Assembly (NCBI GenBank): GCA_963842525.1
Contig: CAWJGT010000007.1
Coordinates: 64,001 to 128,000, forward strand
Length of the DNA: 64,000 bases
DNA from: an uncultured Holophagales bacterium
Lineage (GTDB): Bacteria; Acidobacteriota; Thermoanaerobaculia; Multivoradales; UBA5704
Reading direction: 5' to 3'
The notes under the pieces are model-generated. The model had not been told where the DNA came from. It saw nothing but the letters and a program-made list of their open reading frames with translations, and did no database searches. Made by a program: the position numbers and the translations under genes. Below, piece by piece: positions 19,637-28,849 of this stretch (positions are counted from its first letter, which is position 1; each line of letters starts with the position of its first letter).

Positions 19637-22199
19637 ATGGAGATCAACAGCGAAGAACCTGACGGCGGGCCTCCGGACCCCTCACCCCCGGCCCCTCTCC
19701 CATCCCCTCCCAACCCACCGGGAGAGGGGAGAGCCTCGGCAACAGACGAGGACCATCTGACCTTGCCCCCTCTCCCGGAAGGGCGGGAGGGGGTGGGAGA
19801 GGGGGGCCAGGGGGGTCGAGGGGCCAGGCCGCCGCCGCTTCGTCCTCTTCTACGCCGTTCCGCTCCTCCTTCTGCTGGCCTGGATCGCCCTGCCGCTCGC
19901 CCGCGGCCTGGAGACCCTCTACCTGCGGGACGTCCTCAACACCCACATGCCGATGAAATGGTCGCAGGCGGAGGCGATGTGGAACGGCTACTTCCCGGTC
20001 ATCGACCCATACCGGGCCGGCGGGCAGCCCCTGGCAGGCAATCCAAACGCCGTGCCGTTCTATCCGACCAACCTCCTCTACCTGATGGGCTCGCCGTTCT
20101 GGGCACTCAACGCCCACTTCTGGATCCACCTGCTCCTGGCGCCCCTGACCTTCTTCTGGATGGCGCGGAGCTGGGGCCTCGCCCGCGAGCCGGCCTGGGC
20201 CGCCGCGGTCTGCTACACGGCCGGCGGCTTCTACCTGTCGCACCTGTCGTTCTACAACCTGATCCCGGCGGCGACCCTGGCGCCGGCGTTCGTGGCCGCC
20301 TCCCTGGACTTCGCCGCGGGGCGCCGGCGGCGGCTGATGGCGCCGCTCCTCGCCGTGCTCTGGGCCTTGATCCTCCTCGGCGGCGAGCCGCTGATGATGG
20401 TCCTCTCGGGGCTGCTTGCCGGCACGGGCGCGCTGGTGGCCGGGCTGCTGCGGTCGATTCGCCCCCTGAAGGTGGAATGGCGGGCGGCCTTCGTGTTCGC
20501 CGCGGCGCTGGGAATCGGCACGCTGATCGCGCTGCCGCAGATCACCGAGTTCCTGCGCATCCTGCCGTTGTCGTTCCGCGGCCATTGGGGCTACACCCGC
20601 GAGCTCGCCACGGTGGCGAGCTTCGACCCGCGCCAGCTCCTCGAATGGCTGATCCCCTTCGCCTACGGCCGGCCGGACCGGCTGGAGCTCGGCAGCTTCT
20701 GGGGAAGCCGCTTCTACACGGACACGCCGCCTTATTACCTCTCTCTCTATCCGGGCCTGCTGGTCCTGGCGCTGATCGCTGCGGCGGGCCGGCCGCGGAG
20801 CCGCGCGGCCTGGTGGGCATGGGCGGGGATCGTCCTGGGCGTGTTCGTCTCGCTCGGGCGGTTCAATCCGCTGGTCGCCTGGGTCTTCGGCGGCAAGGGC
20901 TCGTTCCGCTATCCGGTGAAGTTCTGGCTTCCGGTCGCCGTGGGCATGGCGCTCCTCGCAGGGATCGGCTTCGCGCGGCTCTGGGTCGAGAAGGACGAGG
21001 GCGCCCGCCGTCGCTTCCGATGGGCGCTCACCGGCCTCGCCGTCGGCCTCGGCGGCCTCTGGGCCTTCCTTTCCTTCTACACCGAGCCGGCCCGGTCCTG
21101 GCTGCGCCAGCTCATGCCGAAGGCGTCGAATGCCGCCGCGGTCGACTTCGAACGGGTGCGCTGGGCCGGACTGTGCCTGCTTTCGCTGGTCCTGATCGGA
21201 GCCCTGGCCGGCTTCGCCCGGCTGGCCGCCCGCCGCCCCTTTGCCGGCGGCGCGCTCCTGTTGGCCGTGCACGCCCTGGCGGGCGTCCTGCTGCTGCGCC
21301 CGCTCTACCCGATGGACGCGGTCGTCCCGTACCGGGTGCCGCCGCCGGCCTTGGAGCACGTACCGGCGGACCTGCCGGTGCTCAACCCCGACTTCAACTA
21401 TCTCTTCGGGCCGTCGACCCTGAAACAGGGGAACTTCCCCACCAACGAGTCGCGCTGGACGGAGCGCCGGGCCTTCTACGAGCTCTATCCGATCACCGGC
21501 CCGATGTGGAAGCGGCGGTATGAGCTGAACGTCTCGGCCGAGGGGTTGGACACGTTCCTGACCCGCATGGCGCAGGGGGTGATCAAGGGAGCGGACAACG
21601 AGAAGCGTTTCCGCATGCTGGCCGCCTGGGGGGTCGGCCGGGTGGTGATCAACCATCCGGTGGAGCCGCTGCCGCCGCGCGCCAGGTTATTGGCGCAGAT
21701 CCCGAGCTTCGGCCGGACGCTCTTCATCTACGAGGTGCTGGACCGCGCACCGGAGGTCTTCCTGGCCCGCCGCGTCTTCCCCGCGCCACACCTGAACGCC
21801 GGCTTCGCGCTGCTGGGAGACCCCGCCTTCGATGCCCGGAGCGACGTGGTCATCCCAGGCAAGGCGGGTCCGCCGATCCCGCGCGGCGGCGGGACCGTGC
21901 GGGTCCTGCGCAAGGGTCCCGAGAGCCTGGAGGTGGAGACGGTGGCGGGCCCGGGCGGCAGCATCCTGGTCGTCCAGCGGGCCGACCTCCTCTACGAAGC
22001 GGAGGTGGACGGCAAGCCGGCCAAGGTGCTCACCGCCAATTTCCACCGCATGGGCGTCGAGGTTCCGGCCGGCCGGCACCGTGTCCGCTTCTGGATCGAC
22101 CGACGGCCGCTGGTGCGCTCCGCCCTGATCGCGGGCCTCGCCCTGGCCTTCCTGCCGGTTCTGGCATGGGCCTCATCCCCTGTCCCCCATACGCGCTAA
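19637..22199 (+). CDS. YfhO-like GT-C membrane protein (frameshift in G-run near 19810)
   Basis: LYLRD, GQPLAGNPNAVPFYP, GVEVPAGRHRVRF; RBS before ATG 19637. Confidence 0.78.
19677..19823. repeat. REP-like palindromic element within 5' coding region
   Basis: Same arms as the 16169 element. Confidence 0.82.
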
Positions 22200-22394
22200 C
22201 TTTGCTCTGGGAGGGGAGGGTGGCCCTGGGAGCGCCGGCGTCCCGCCGGCTCTCCACGAGGCCATGGAGGAGACGGAGCCGCCGACCGTTGGAGCGGCAG
22301 TGGTGCCTGGCGATGCCTCAGCGGCCGACGAAGCTCCGGGCCGGCGAGACGCCGGCGCTCCCAGGGTTCCTCCGGCGTAAAGTTAGCGCCTATG
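22188..22394. mobile_element. MITE nested in a REP, with target-site duplication
   Basis: TIRs CATACGCGCTAACTTT / AAAGTTAGCGCCTATG; CCCCTGTCCCC on both flanks; inner inverted repeat GGGAGCGCCGGCGTC..GACGCCGGCGCTCCC. Confidence 0.72.
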
Positions 22395-22818
22395 CCCCCT
22401 GTCCCCCTCTCCCATCTCCCTCCCACCGACCGGGAGAGGGGGAATTTCTAGATGTAAGTAGCTGAAAACATGTAGCTTATGGGAATCTCTCGGGGCCTCT
22501 AGGGAACAACTAGGGAGCAGCGCGTCCACAGACCTAAGTCTATCCCTTCGGAGGCCCAGGACGGCGCACGCCTCCCCGAGTCGGGACTTCCGCCCCCCGC
22601 CGGACAGTCGCCGGCCCGCGGGGGCCGCCCTCTAGCGGGGTAGTCTCCAGCCAGCCCTTGCCCTACCTTGGAACAGAGCTGAGCCTGTAGCTACGGACAT
22701 GGAACCGACGCCGGGCGAAGCTGAAGCCGTCCCGGCGTGGCTCTACTGCCATAACTGCCCGCCTGAGCGGGGGTGTGGCCGAGGGGGCAAAGGGCCCCCT
22801 TGGCGGGTGGGGGGACGA

Positions 22819-23253
22819 CTAGCGTAGCCGCTCGTCCCCGGCCGATCGATCATCGAGCCATGCGGCTTCAACCATGAGCATGATGGCGACGGGCGTTTCG
22901 ATGGTCAGCGGCTCCCGGAGGGGAATCTGCTCGAAGACGTGTCGGAGGTGAGCCGGCGCGGTTGGCAAACTGGCAAAGGGGGCGAACCCCGCCTCGACGG
23001 TGCCGACGACCTGGACGGTAAGAAATCGGACAAGCTCGGACAGCAGAGCCTCCCGTCGGGTCGCGGCGGTGGCCAGATCGTGCTCAAGCACCTGGGCTAT
23101 CCAGAACTTTCCCTCGCGAAAGAGGAGGGCGTGGAGCTTGAAAGCGTGCACCAGGGCGGGTTCGGAGAGATCGGAGGCGCCCTGGGGAGCGTCCGCAAGA
23201 GCCCCTCCCGCCTCATATGAGGACGGCGGGGCTTCATTTCGGGTCGATGTCAA
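22819..23253 (-). CDS. HicB-like domain protein
   Basis: LLFREGKFWIAQVLEHDLATAA resembles HicB N-terminal fold; TTGA overlap with upstream gene. Confidence 0.55.
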   Translation of the reverse strand: MTSTRNEAPPSSYEAGGALADAPQGASDLSEPALVHAFKLHALLFREGKFWIAQVLEHDLATAATRREALLSELVRFLTVQVVGTVEAGFAPFASLPTAPAHLRHVFEQIPLREPLTIETPVAIMLMVEAAWLDDRSAGDERLR

Positions 23254-23852
23254 AGAGCAGCCCTGCCCGGATCGTGAGGTAGAGCTGGATGGGATGTTCC
23301 ATCAGTGGCGGCTCGCCGGCCGACCTCGCTGATGCGGTGCCGTGGACGGCGCCGGCGTCTCCCGAGCTTCTGCTCCAACACGTCGCCCATAACACCGAGA
23401 AGGCCACCAAGCCCCACCACCACGTCGAGCAATCGCTGCTCCGATGGCGTCTTGGGGAATCCAGCGGCATCGATAAGGACGCAGACACCTTCAACATAGC
23501 GTAGATCGGCCAGCAGCCTCTCGACATCCGCTCGCACGGAAACATCCGGGCTCCCCATCGGGCCGTCCAGCAACTCGGGGTCGGCAAACACGAGCTTCCA
23601 CAGGAAATTGCCAAGAACACGGAAATTGGCTTCTTGGGCAGGTGGTAGGTATTGCAGAAAGCGCTCTCTGAATGGTGCGAACTCGCTGAAGCTGCCTGGG
23701 CTGCTCCGCACGAGGTGATCCGCCAGGGCAGCGCTCTGGTCGACTTCGACCTGCTCGCGCACCAGCGCGAACACCTCCTCAACCGACTCGCGAAGGTCAG
23801 GAAGTTTCTCGACGCGTGGGTTCTGAGATTCCTCTATGGGTTTGCCGCTCAT
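23250..23852 (-). CDS. Hypothetical protein
   Basis: TGATG-coupled to the HTH gene; helical. Confidence 0.6.
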   Translation of the reverse strand: MSGKPIEESQNPRVEKLPDLRESVEEVFALVREQVEVDQSAALADHLVRSSPGSFSEFAPFRERFLQYLPPAQEANFRVLGNFLWKLVFADPELLDGPMGSPDVSVRADVERLLADLRYVEGVCVLIDAAGFPKTPSEQRLLDVVVGLGGLLGVMGDVLEQKLGRRRRRPRHRISEVGRRAATDGTSHPALPHDPGRAAL

Positions 23853-24256
23853 CAGACCTTCCCTTCTGTGTTGTCCTTGAGCCACCCGGCGACGCGCCCC
23901 TCGACGGCGGCCCGAAAGAGATTGAAGACGTCTTGCATGATCTGCGTGTATGCCACCGCCTCGCGTCGCGAGAGGAGCGGCCCGAAGGTCGCCTCTCCCT
24001 CAAGGGCCGGCAGCTCCTCCAGCGCCTGGGTACCGGCCGAGATCAGGTGTTCCACGTAGAAGAAGGCCAACGCATCGACCTGGAGCACCTCCAGCACCTT
24101 GGCCAGGGAATCGAGCTTCGGAAGCTCCTTGCCCCTTTCGTATTTGGAGAGCTGGCTTTTGCCGAGTCCCGCTTGCCGGGCCAGCTCGGCCTGGCTCATT
24201 CCAGCGTGCTCGCGAATCATTCGTAGAGCCTGTCCCAGGTGCTCGAACATGGTCAC
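23852..24256 (-). CDS. XRE-family HTH regulator
   Basis: IREHAGMSQAELARQAGLGKSQLSKYERGKELP. Confidence 0.88.
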   Translation of the reverse strand: MTMFEHLGQALRMIREHAGMSQAELARQAGLGKSQLSKYERGKELPKLDSLAKVLEVLQVDALAFFYVEHLISAGTQALEELPALEGEATFGPLLSRREAVAYTQIMQDVFNLFRAAVEGRVAGWLKDNTEGKV

Positions 24257-24258
24257 TC

Positions 24259-25653
24259 CTAGACGAACGGCAGCGGCTCGACACGGTAGCCATGAAACCG
24301 GAAGCTCCGACGGAGGAAAAGAGCAAGCTCCACCTCCAGGGTCCGCAAGTCTGTCTCTCCCTCGGCCTCATGACGAAGCCGAAGGAGAGCCTTCCGGGTC
24401 GCGGCAAGCCCCTCCCGGCCGGCGAAGGTGGTCTCGACCTCCTCCACCAGACGATCGATGCCGGCCGACTCCTTCGAGCGGGCCAGCAGCAGTGCGAGAT
24501 CGAACGAGGACAGAGCCGTTTCGGGGAAAAGGTCAGCGGCTGCGAGCTTGCGGCGCACCGATTCCAGCAACTCGCGGGCCTCCGGGGTGCCCAGGCGAGT
24601 GCCTACCCGGGCCTCCATCCAAAAGGAGACGAGCAGCTCCGCGGGATGCTTCACCAGCTCGCGAAGTCGCAGACTCTCCTGCGAAGTCCGGCGGGCTCGC
24701 CCCCCCTGCCCCAGGTCCGCCCAGGAGAACGCCAGGGCCAGCCCAGACCGCAACGCGAGCCAGCCGAGCCGCGCCGGGTCTATCACCAACCGTGCTCGCT
24801 GGAGCGGGCTCAGTGCTGTGCCGGTATCGCCCTGCTCGCAATAGAGAAGCCCGAGCAGAGCCAGACAGATCCCCTCCTCTTCGACCAGCCCAAGCATGGC
24901 GAAGGACTCGGCGCCGTGGCGCAGCAGAGCCGCCGCCTCTTCGAGCCGCCCCTGCTCCCAGCGCAGGACAGCCAGAGCCCGGCAGAACCGGCCCCGGTCG
25001 GAGGATTCGAAGGGGCAGGCCAGGAAGAGAGCGGCCTTGTCGAAGGCCTGCTCGGCCCCAGCATCTCCCCGCAGTCGCCGGGAGCTTCCGACGAGACACC
25101 AGGCGCGAGTCTCCAACATGGCGAGCACCCGCCCCTCCTCCTGCCCGTCGAGACAATGGACTATCGCGACGGCCAGAAGGGCGATCTCCTCGGCTCCTTT
25201 CGGCTCCCGCGGCACCCGGGTGAGGCTCGTTTCCAGCAGCAGTGCGATCAGATCGAGCCGGTGGAAGCGCGTCTCCTGCCGGGCAGTTTGGAGTTGGATC
25301 TCATGATCCAGGGCCAGCAGCTCGACCGCCAGCGCCTCGACCTCTTGGTCCCTCTTGGCGAGCCGCTCGAGGAGGTCTCTGGGGAAGGTCACCACTTCAC
25401 AGGGACTCGGGTAGGGCCCAACGATCCCGCCGGTGCGTTCCTCGAACAGCTCTACCACTGCGAGATCCCGGCACACTGGGCAGGTCAGTAGATGCAGAAG
25501 GAAGGGCTCCTGAGCGGGCGGCAGCCTCGCCACCAGCCGCCGCATCTCGTCGATGTGCAACGGGTTTCTCAACCCTGCGTACCCTCCTGCGCCGGAGATC
25601 CACCTTCCGGCAGCCAGCTCGCCAAGCCGCTCCCGCACCACATGCTCAGTCAT
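24259..25653 (-). CDS. TPR protein with N-terminal HxxxCxxC (zf-HC2-like) motif
   Basis: HLLTCPVC followed by TPR-like helices of similar pattern to the HTH-TPR proteins at 26941 and 28850. Confidence 0.7.
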   Translation of the reverse strand: MTEHVVRERLGELAAGRWISGAGGYAGLRNPLHIDEMRRLVARLPPAQEPFLLHLLTCPVCRDLAVVELFEERTGGIVGPYPSPCEVVTFPRDLLERLAKRDQEVEALAVELLALDHEIQLQTARQETRFHRLDLIALLLETSLTRVPREPKGAEEIALLAVAIVHCLDGQEEGRVLAMLETRAWCLVGSSRRLRGDAGAEQAFDKAALFLACPFESSDRGRFCRALAVLRWEQGRLEEAAALLRHGAESFAMLGLVEEEGICLALLGLLYCEQGDTGTALSPLQRARLVIDPARLGWLALRSGLALAFSWADLGQGGRARRTSQESLRLRELVKHPAELLVSFWMEARVGTRLGTPEARELLESVRRKLAAADLFPETALSSFDLALLLARSKESAGIDRLVEEVETTFAGREGLAATRKALLRLRHEAEGETDLRTLEVELALFLRRSFRFHGYRVEPLPFV

Positions 25654-25891
25654 GCCGGCTCATCCGCCGGGAACGCGCTTCCTGCGATTTGCTGCCGTCG
25701 CTGGCGGATAGGTTGTTACCGCTCACCAGAATCCGTAGAAATCTGATCATCTGGTCGCCATGCGCAAGCGGAGGTAGCTGAGGTACCCAGCGTCGGTTGG
25801 GTTGAGACAAAACCGCCACCCGCTTATGCGAGGCTCCTGCTGTCTTTGGTGCCTCGGCTCTCCGTCCTCGGCGGGCTGCGGAAACTGCCCT

Positions 25892-25919
25892 GAAAACCCC
25901 GGCGGCCACCGGGGTTTTC
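25892..25919. terminator. Strong hairpin, possibly bidirectional terminator
   Basis: GAAAACCCCGG-cggcca-CCGGGGTTTTC, 11-bp perfect stem. Confidence 0.6.
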
Positions 25920-26032
25920 TCTTTCCGCCCAAGCTCGGCAGAGCATACGCCCTCCCACCCGCCCCTCCCCCACACCCCCTCCCGCCGCGCTACGCGCGGG
26001 ATGATGACGCCGCTTGTCTCTCGACTTGATGA

Positions 26033-26221
26033 TCAGATTTCTACGGATTCTGACGATCGCCTACAGATAGGTTTCGGCGCAAGAGTCTTGCGGTCAATCA
26101 GGGCGCAGCGGGGACACTCCAGCAGGTGGAGGACCAAACCGGCGTCCGGGATCGGCAGGGTCCGCAGCATCTCCCGCAGATCCCTTGCCATTGGATGCTT
26201 GCCGCCCCGCCGCTCAGCCAT
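26033..26221 (-). CDS. Small HxxxCxxC protein
   Basis: HLLECPRC; start overlaps upstream stop. Confidence 0.45.
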   Translation of the reverse strand: MAERRGGKHPMARDLREMLRTLPIPDAGLVLHLLECPRCALIDRKTLAPKPICRRSSESVEI

Positions 26222-26426
26222 GCAGAACATCCTCCGGATCGAGGCGGTGGGTGCGCGGACGGTCGGCTATGCCCCAGTACGGCGCCACGACCGCCACACA
26301 GTCCCGGCACCCGGTCAAGAGATGTCGGACGACCCGCATCCGCTCCGTGTTGCTCATTTCTCCTCGTAGAAAGCGCTCCAGGTCGCTCTCGCCGGGATGG
26401 GTGCGCCTTGCAGCCTGTCTCAACAT
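26214..26426 (-). CDS. Stand-alone zf-HC2 (anti-sigma-like) protein
   Basis: HPGESDLERFLRGEM...VVRHLLTGCRDC. Confidence 0.65.
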   Translation of the reverse strand: MLRQAARRTHPGESDLERFLRGEMSNTERMRVVRHLLTGCRDCVAVVAPYWGIADRPRTHRLDPEDVLHG

Positions 26427-26749
26427 TCCACCTCCGGCCCGGCCGCCGCCGGGAACATTGCCTCAAGGGCTCTCTGGAGCCGGGCGGGCTCCCCGTGCAT
26501 CACTGGATCTGGATAGGCGGCTTGGAAGAAGTTGGCTGGAGGGAGCTCTACAGCCGCCAGAATCGCGAGGACTTGATGAACCTTTAGCTCCCGCGAGCCG
26601 TGGAAAAGTCGACTTAGATACCCGCTGTGCGTGGAAAAGCCCATCCTCCGCTCGACTTCGCGATTGCTCAGGCCGGCGGCGCGGATCAACGCCCGAAGCA
26701 TGGCCCGGAGGCGGCCGGCCTCACTCTCGATCTCGTCCCTCTTCAGCAT
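26420..26749 (-). CDS. XRE-like HTH regulator
   Basis: GLSNREVERRMGFSTHSGYLSRLFHGSRELKV. Confidence 0.72.
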   Translation of the reverse strand: MLKRDEIESEAGRLRAMLRALIRAAGLSNREVERRMGFSTHSGYLSRLFHGSRELKVHQVLAILAAVELPPANFFQAAYPDPVMHGEPARLQRALEAMFPAAAGPEVEC

Positions 26750-26940
26750 GGCGGGAACGGTAGGAGCGCACTTGCTACGCCACCAGCGCGGGTGTACTTT
26801 TCCGGATTCGAAGATCAATCTATGTTTGACGGTCTCTGGAAGTCTCTTCTATGGTGCCCTGATTTCCGCTAGGCGTGTCCCGTTCTTCGAGCGGCGGACA
26901 CCTTGGATTTAAGAAGAGCGGAAAACTCAGGAGGGGATGA

Positions 26941-28413
26941 ATGCCGAAGATCCTGCCGCCGCTGTGCACCGCAGTCAACAATCTGCGCCAGACCCTGGGC
27001 TGGACTGAGGCCGAGTTGGGGGAGAGGGTGGGCGTGCGCCCGAACGTGATCTCGGACTACGTGCGGGACCAGCGGGAGCTCGATCGGCGAAAGGCCGAGG
27101 AGTTGATCGCGGCCATGGGGCTAGGCCCAGAGACTCTCGACGAGGAGTTGCGCGTGATTGAAGCGGCCCGGCGGAAGGCGAGAACGCCCGTGTACCCGAT
27201 GGCTCCCGCTGGCGCCGATGCGGAACGCGGGCGCCTCGAAACGTTCGTGCAGAGGCTTTCCTATCTCGTGACTGAGGCCGCACGGCCGGCCGCAGCTCTG
27301 TTCTCGGTAGAGCTGCGAGCCACTGTGGACGAACAGAATGCCTGGACGCAACTTCAGCGGCTTCGGCGCCTGCCCCAGGCCGACCGTTTGAAGCTGGTCC
27401 GCAAATCCCGGGAGTACCGCAATTGGGCTCTCTGCAAGGCGGCCTGCGCTGAGAGCCTGCGGGTTGCGCCGCGCAGCGCGCAGGAGGCGCTGGATTGGGC
27501 ATCGCTGGCCGTCGACATCGCCGACCGGCTGCCTTGCGAAGAACTGTTCCGCCAGCGGATGCAGGGTCTCGCGCGTCTCCACCTGGCGAATGCCCAACGG
27601 GTGGCCGGCCAGCAGAGGACGGCCAAAGACACCCTTGCCCAAGCCCTAGTGCTGTGGAAGAACGGTGCCCCGGCCGATCCGGGTCTGCTCGACGAGGCCC
27701 AGGCGCTCAGCCTCGAAGCCTCTCTGCATATTGACCAGAGACGCCCCGCCGAGGCCCTGAATCGGCTCGACCGGGCTCTCGCGGTCGATCGCGGCGGCCT
27801 CAGGGCGCAACTCTTATCAAACCGGGCCTGCGCCTTGGAGCAACTCGGCGACTACGAGGGCGCCGTCGCGACCCTTCGCGAGGCGATCCCCCTGGTGGTG
27901 TCCACGGAACGGCGGATGCAGTGCGTCGTCCGCTTCAATCTCCTCGCGAACCTTTGTCACCTCCGGAGGTTCGACGAGGCGCCGCCGCTGCTGAACGAGG
28001 TCCGGGCTCTCGCCATTGAACTGGGCAACGATCTGGATCACCTGAGGACCCGCTGGCTCGCGGGGTGGGTGGAGGCCGGGCAAGGGCGAAGGGAGGAGGC
28101 GATTGCGATTCTGGAGAAGGTGCGGGACGACTTTACGGCTCGGAGGAATGCCTACGACACCGCCCTGGTGACCCTGGAGCTTGCCGCTCTGTATCAGGAG
28201 GAGGGCCGGATTGCCGAGGTCAAGGAGCTGGCCATTCGCCTTGCTTGGATCTTCAACGCCGAAGGAATCGAGCGGGAGGCCCTGGCGGCTCTGCGGCTCT
28301 TCTGCGAGGCAGCCCGGGAGGAGACGCTCACGGTAGCCCTGGTCCGCGAGCTTGCCGATTACCTCTACAAGGCGCAGCACGATCCTGAGCTGCACTTTGA
28401 GGGCGCGCGGTGA
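26941..28413 (+). CDS. XRE-HTH + TPR regulator (RRNPP-like architecture), paralogue 1
   Basis: RBS GGAGG; LRQTLGWTEAELGERVGV..ISDY HTH; TPR repeats to C-terminus. Confidence 0.82.
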   Translation: MPKILPPLCTAVNNLRQTLGWTEAELGERVGVRPNVISDYVRDQRELDRRKAEELIAAMGLGPETLDEELRVIEAARRKARTPVYPMAPAGADAERGRLETFVQRLSYLVTEAARPAAALFSVELRATVDEQNAWTQLQRLRRLPQADRLKLVRKSREYRNWALCKAACAESLRVAPRSAQEALDWASLAVDIADRLPCEELFRQRMQGLARLHLANAQRVAGQQRTAKDTLAQALVLWKNGAPADPGLLDEAQALSLEASLHIDQRRPAEALNRLDRALAVDRGGLRAQLLSNRACALEQLGDYEGAVATLREAIPLVVSTERRMQCVVRFNLLANLCHLRRFDEAPPLLNEVRALAIELGNDLDHLRTRWLAGWVEAGQGRREEAIAILEKVRDDFTARRNAYDTALVTLELAALYQEEGRIAEVKELAIRLAWIFNAEGIEREALAALRLFCEAAREETLTVALVRELADYLYKAQHDPELHFEGAR

Positions 28414-28475
28414 ACCGGCGCTTGCCGGGCCGGGTCCGGCGGAGAACCCGTCCCGGCACCAGATCATGCTCTAGC

Positions 28476-28769
28476 CTAGCTGCCGGGGAGGCACTGCCCG
28501 TTTGGGTCGAGTCTGCAACCAGCATCTGCCTCACTCAACTCGGCCCCGCTGAGACTAAGGCATTGCCCGTTGGGGTCGAAGCGACAACTAGTCTCGCTCC
28601 AGAGAGCGGTCAGCAGACCCCAGAGGCTGGAGAAAAAGCCGGTGGTCGCCGGCTCCGGGGCGACTGGGGACGCGGAGCGGAATCGAGGCTCCCCGGCAAC
28701 AGCCCAGGGTGCCGCCAGGGCGAGAATCAGGACGAAAGCTGCCAGGATTCGGAAGCAGGAATGCGACAT
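28476..28769 (-). CDS. Secreted propeptide with two CRxDPNGQC cores
   Basis: RBS GAAAGGAG; signal peptide ending AVA; CRFDPNGQCL and CRLDPNGQCL. Confidence 0.75.
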   Translation of the reverse strand: MSHSCFRILAAFVLILALAAPWAVAGEPRFRSASPVAPEPATTGFFSSLWGLLTALWSETSCRFDPNGQCLSLSGAELSEADAGCRLDPNGQCLPGS

Positions 28770-28849
28770 GAGGCTCTCCTTTCATCAAGGCGGCCTGCGC
28801 CGGCTTTCGTGACGGCGCAAGCGCCTCTCTCTGGAGATATGGTGCGCGC

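Noticed and set aside
19644-21656. Long antisense or alternate-frame ORFs (also 23950-25491, 48209-50044, 52094-53920, 56655-58745)
   Set aside because: Shadow ORFs of high-GC genes; Arg/Gly/Pro-rich with no motifs
22445-22815. Non-coding stretch as tRNA, att site or known ncRNA
   Set aside because: No cloverleaf or T-loop motif, no long direct repeat at the other island end and no integrase
28476-28769. DPNG peptide as a classical RiPP precursor
   Set aside because: It has a Sec-type signal and there is no rSAM, YcaO, LanM, ATP-grasp or lasso enzyme nearby; maturation in trans cannot be excluded
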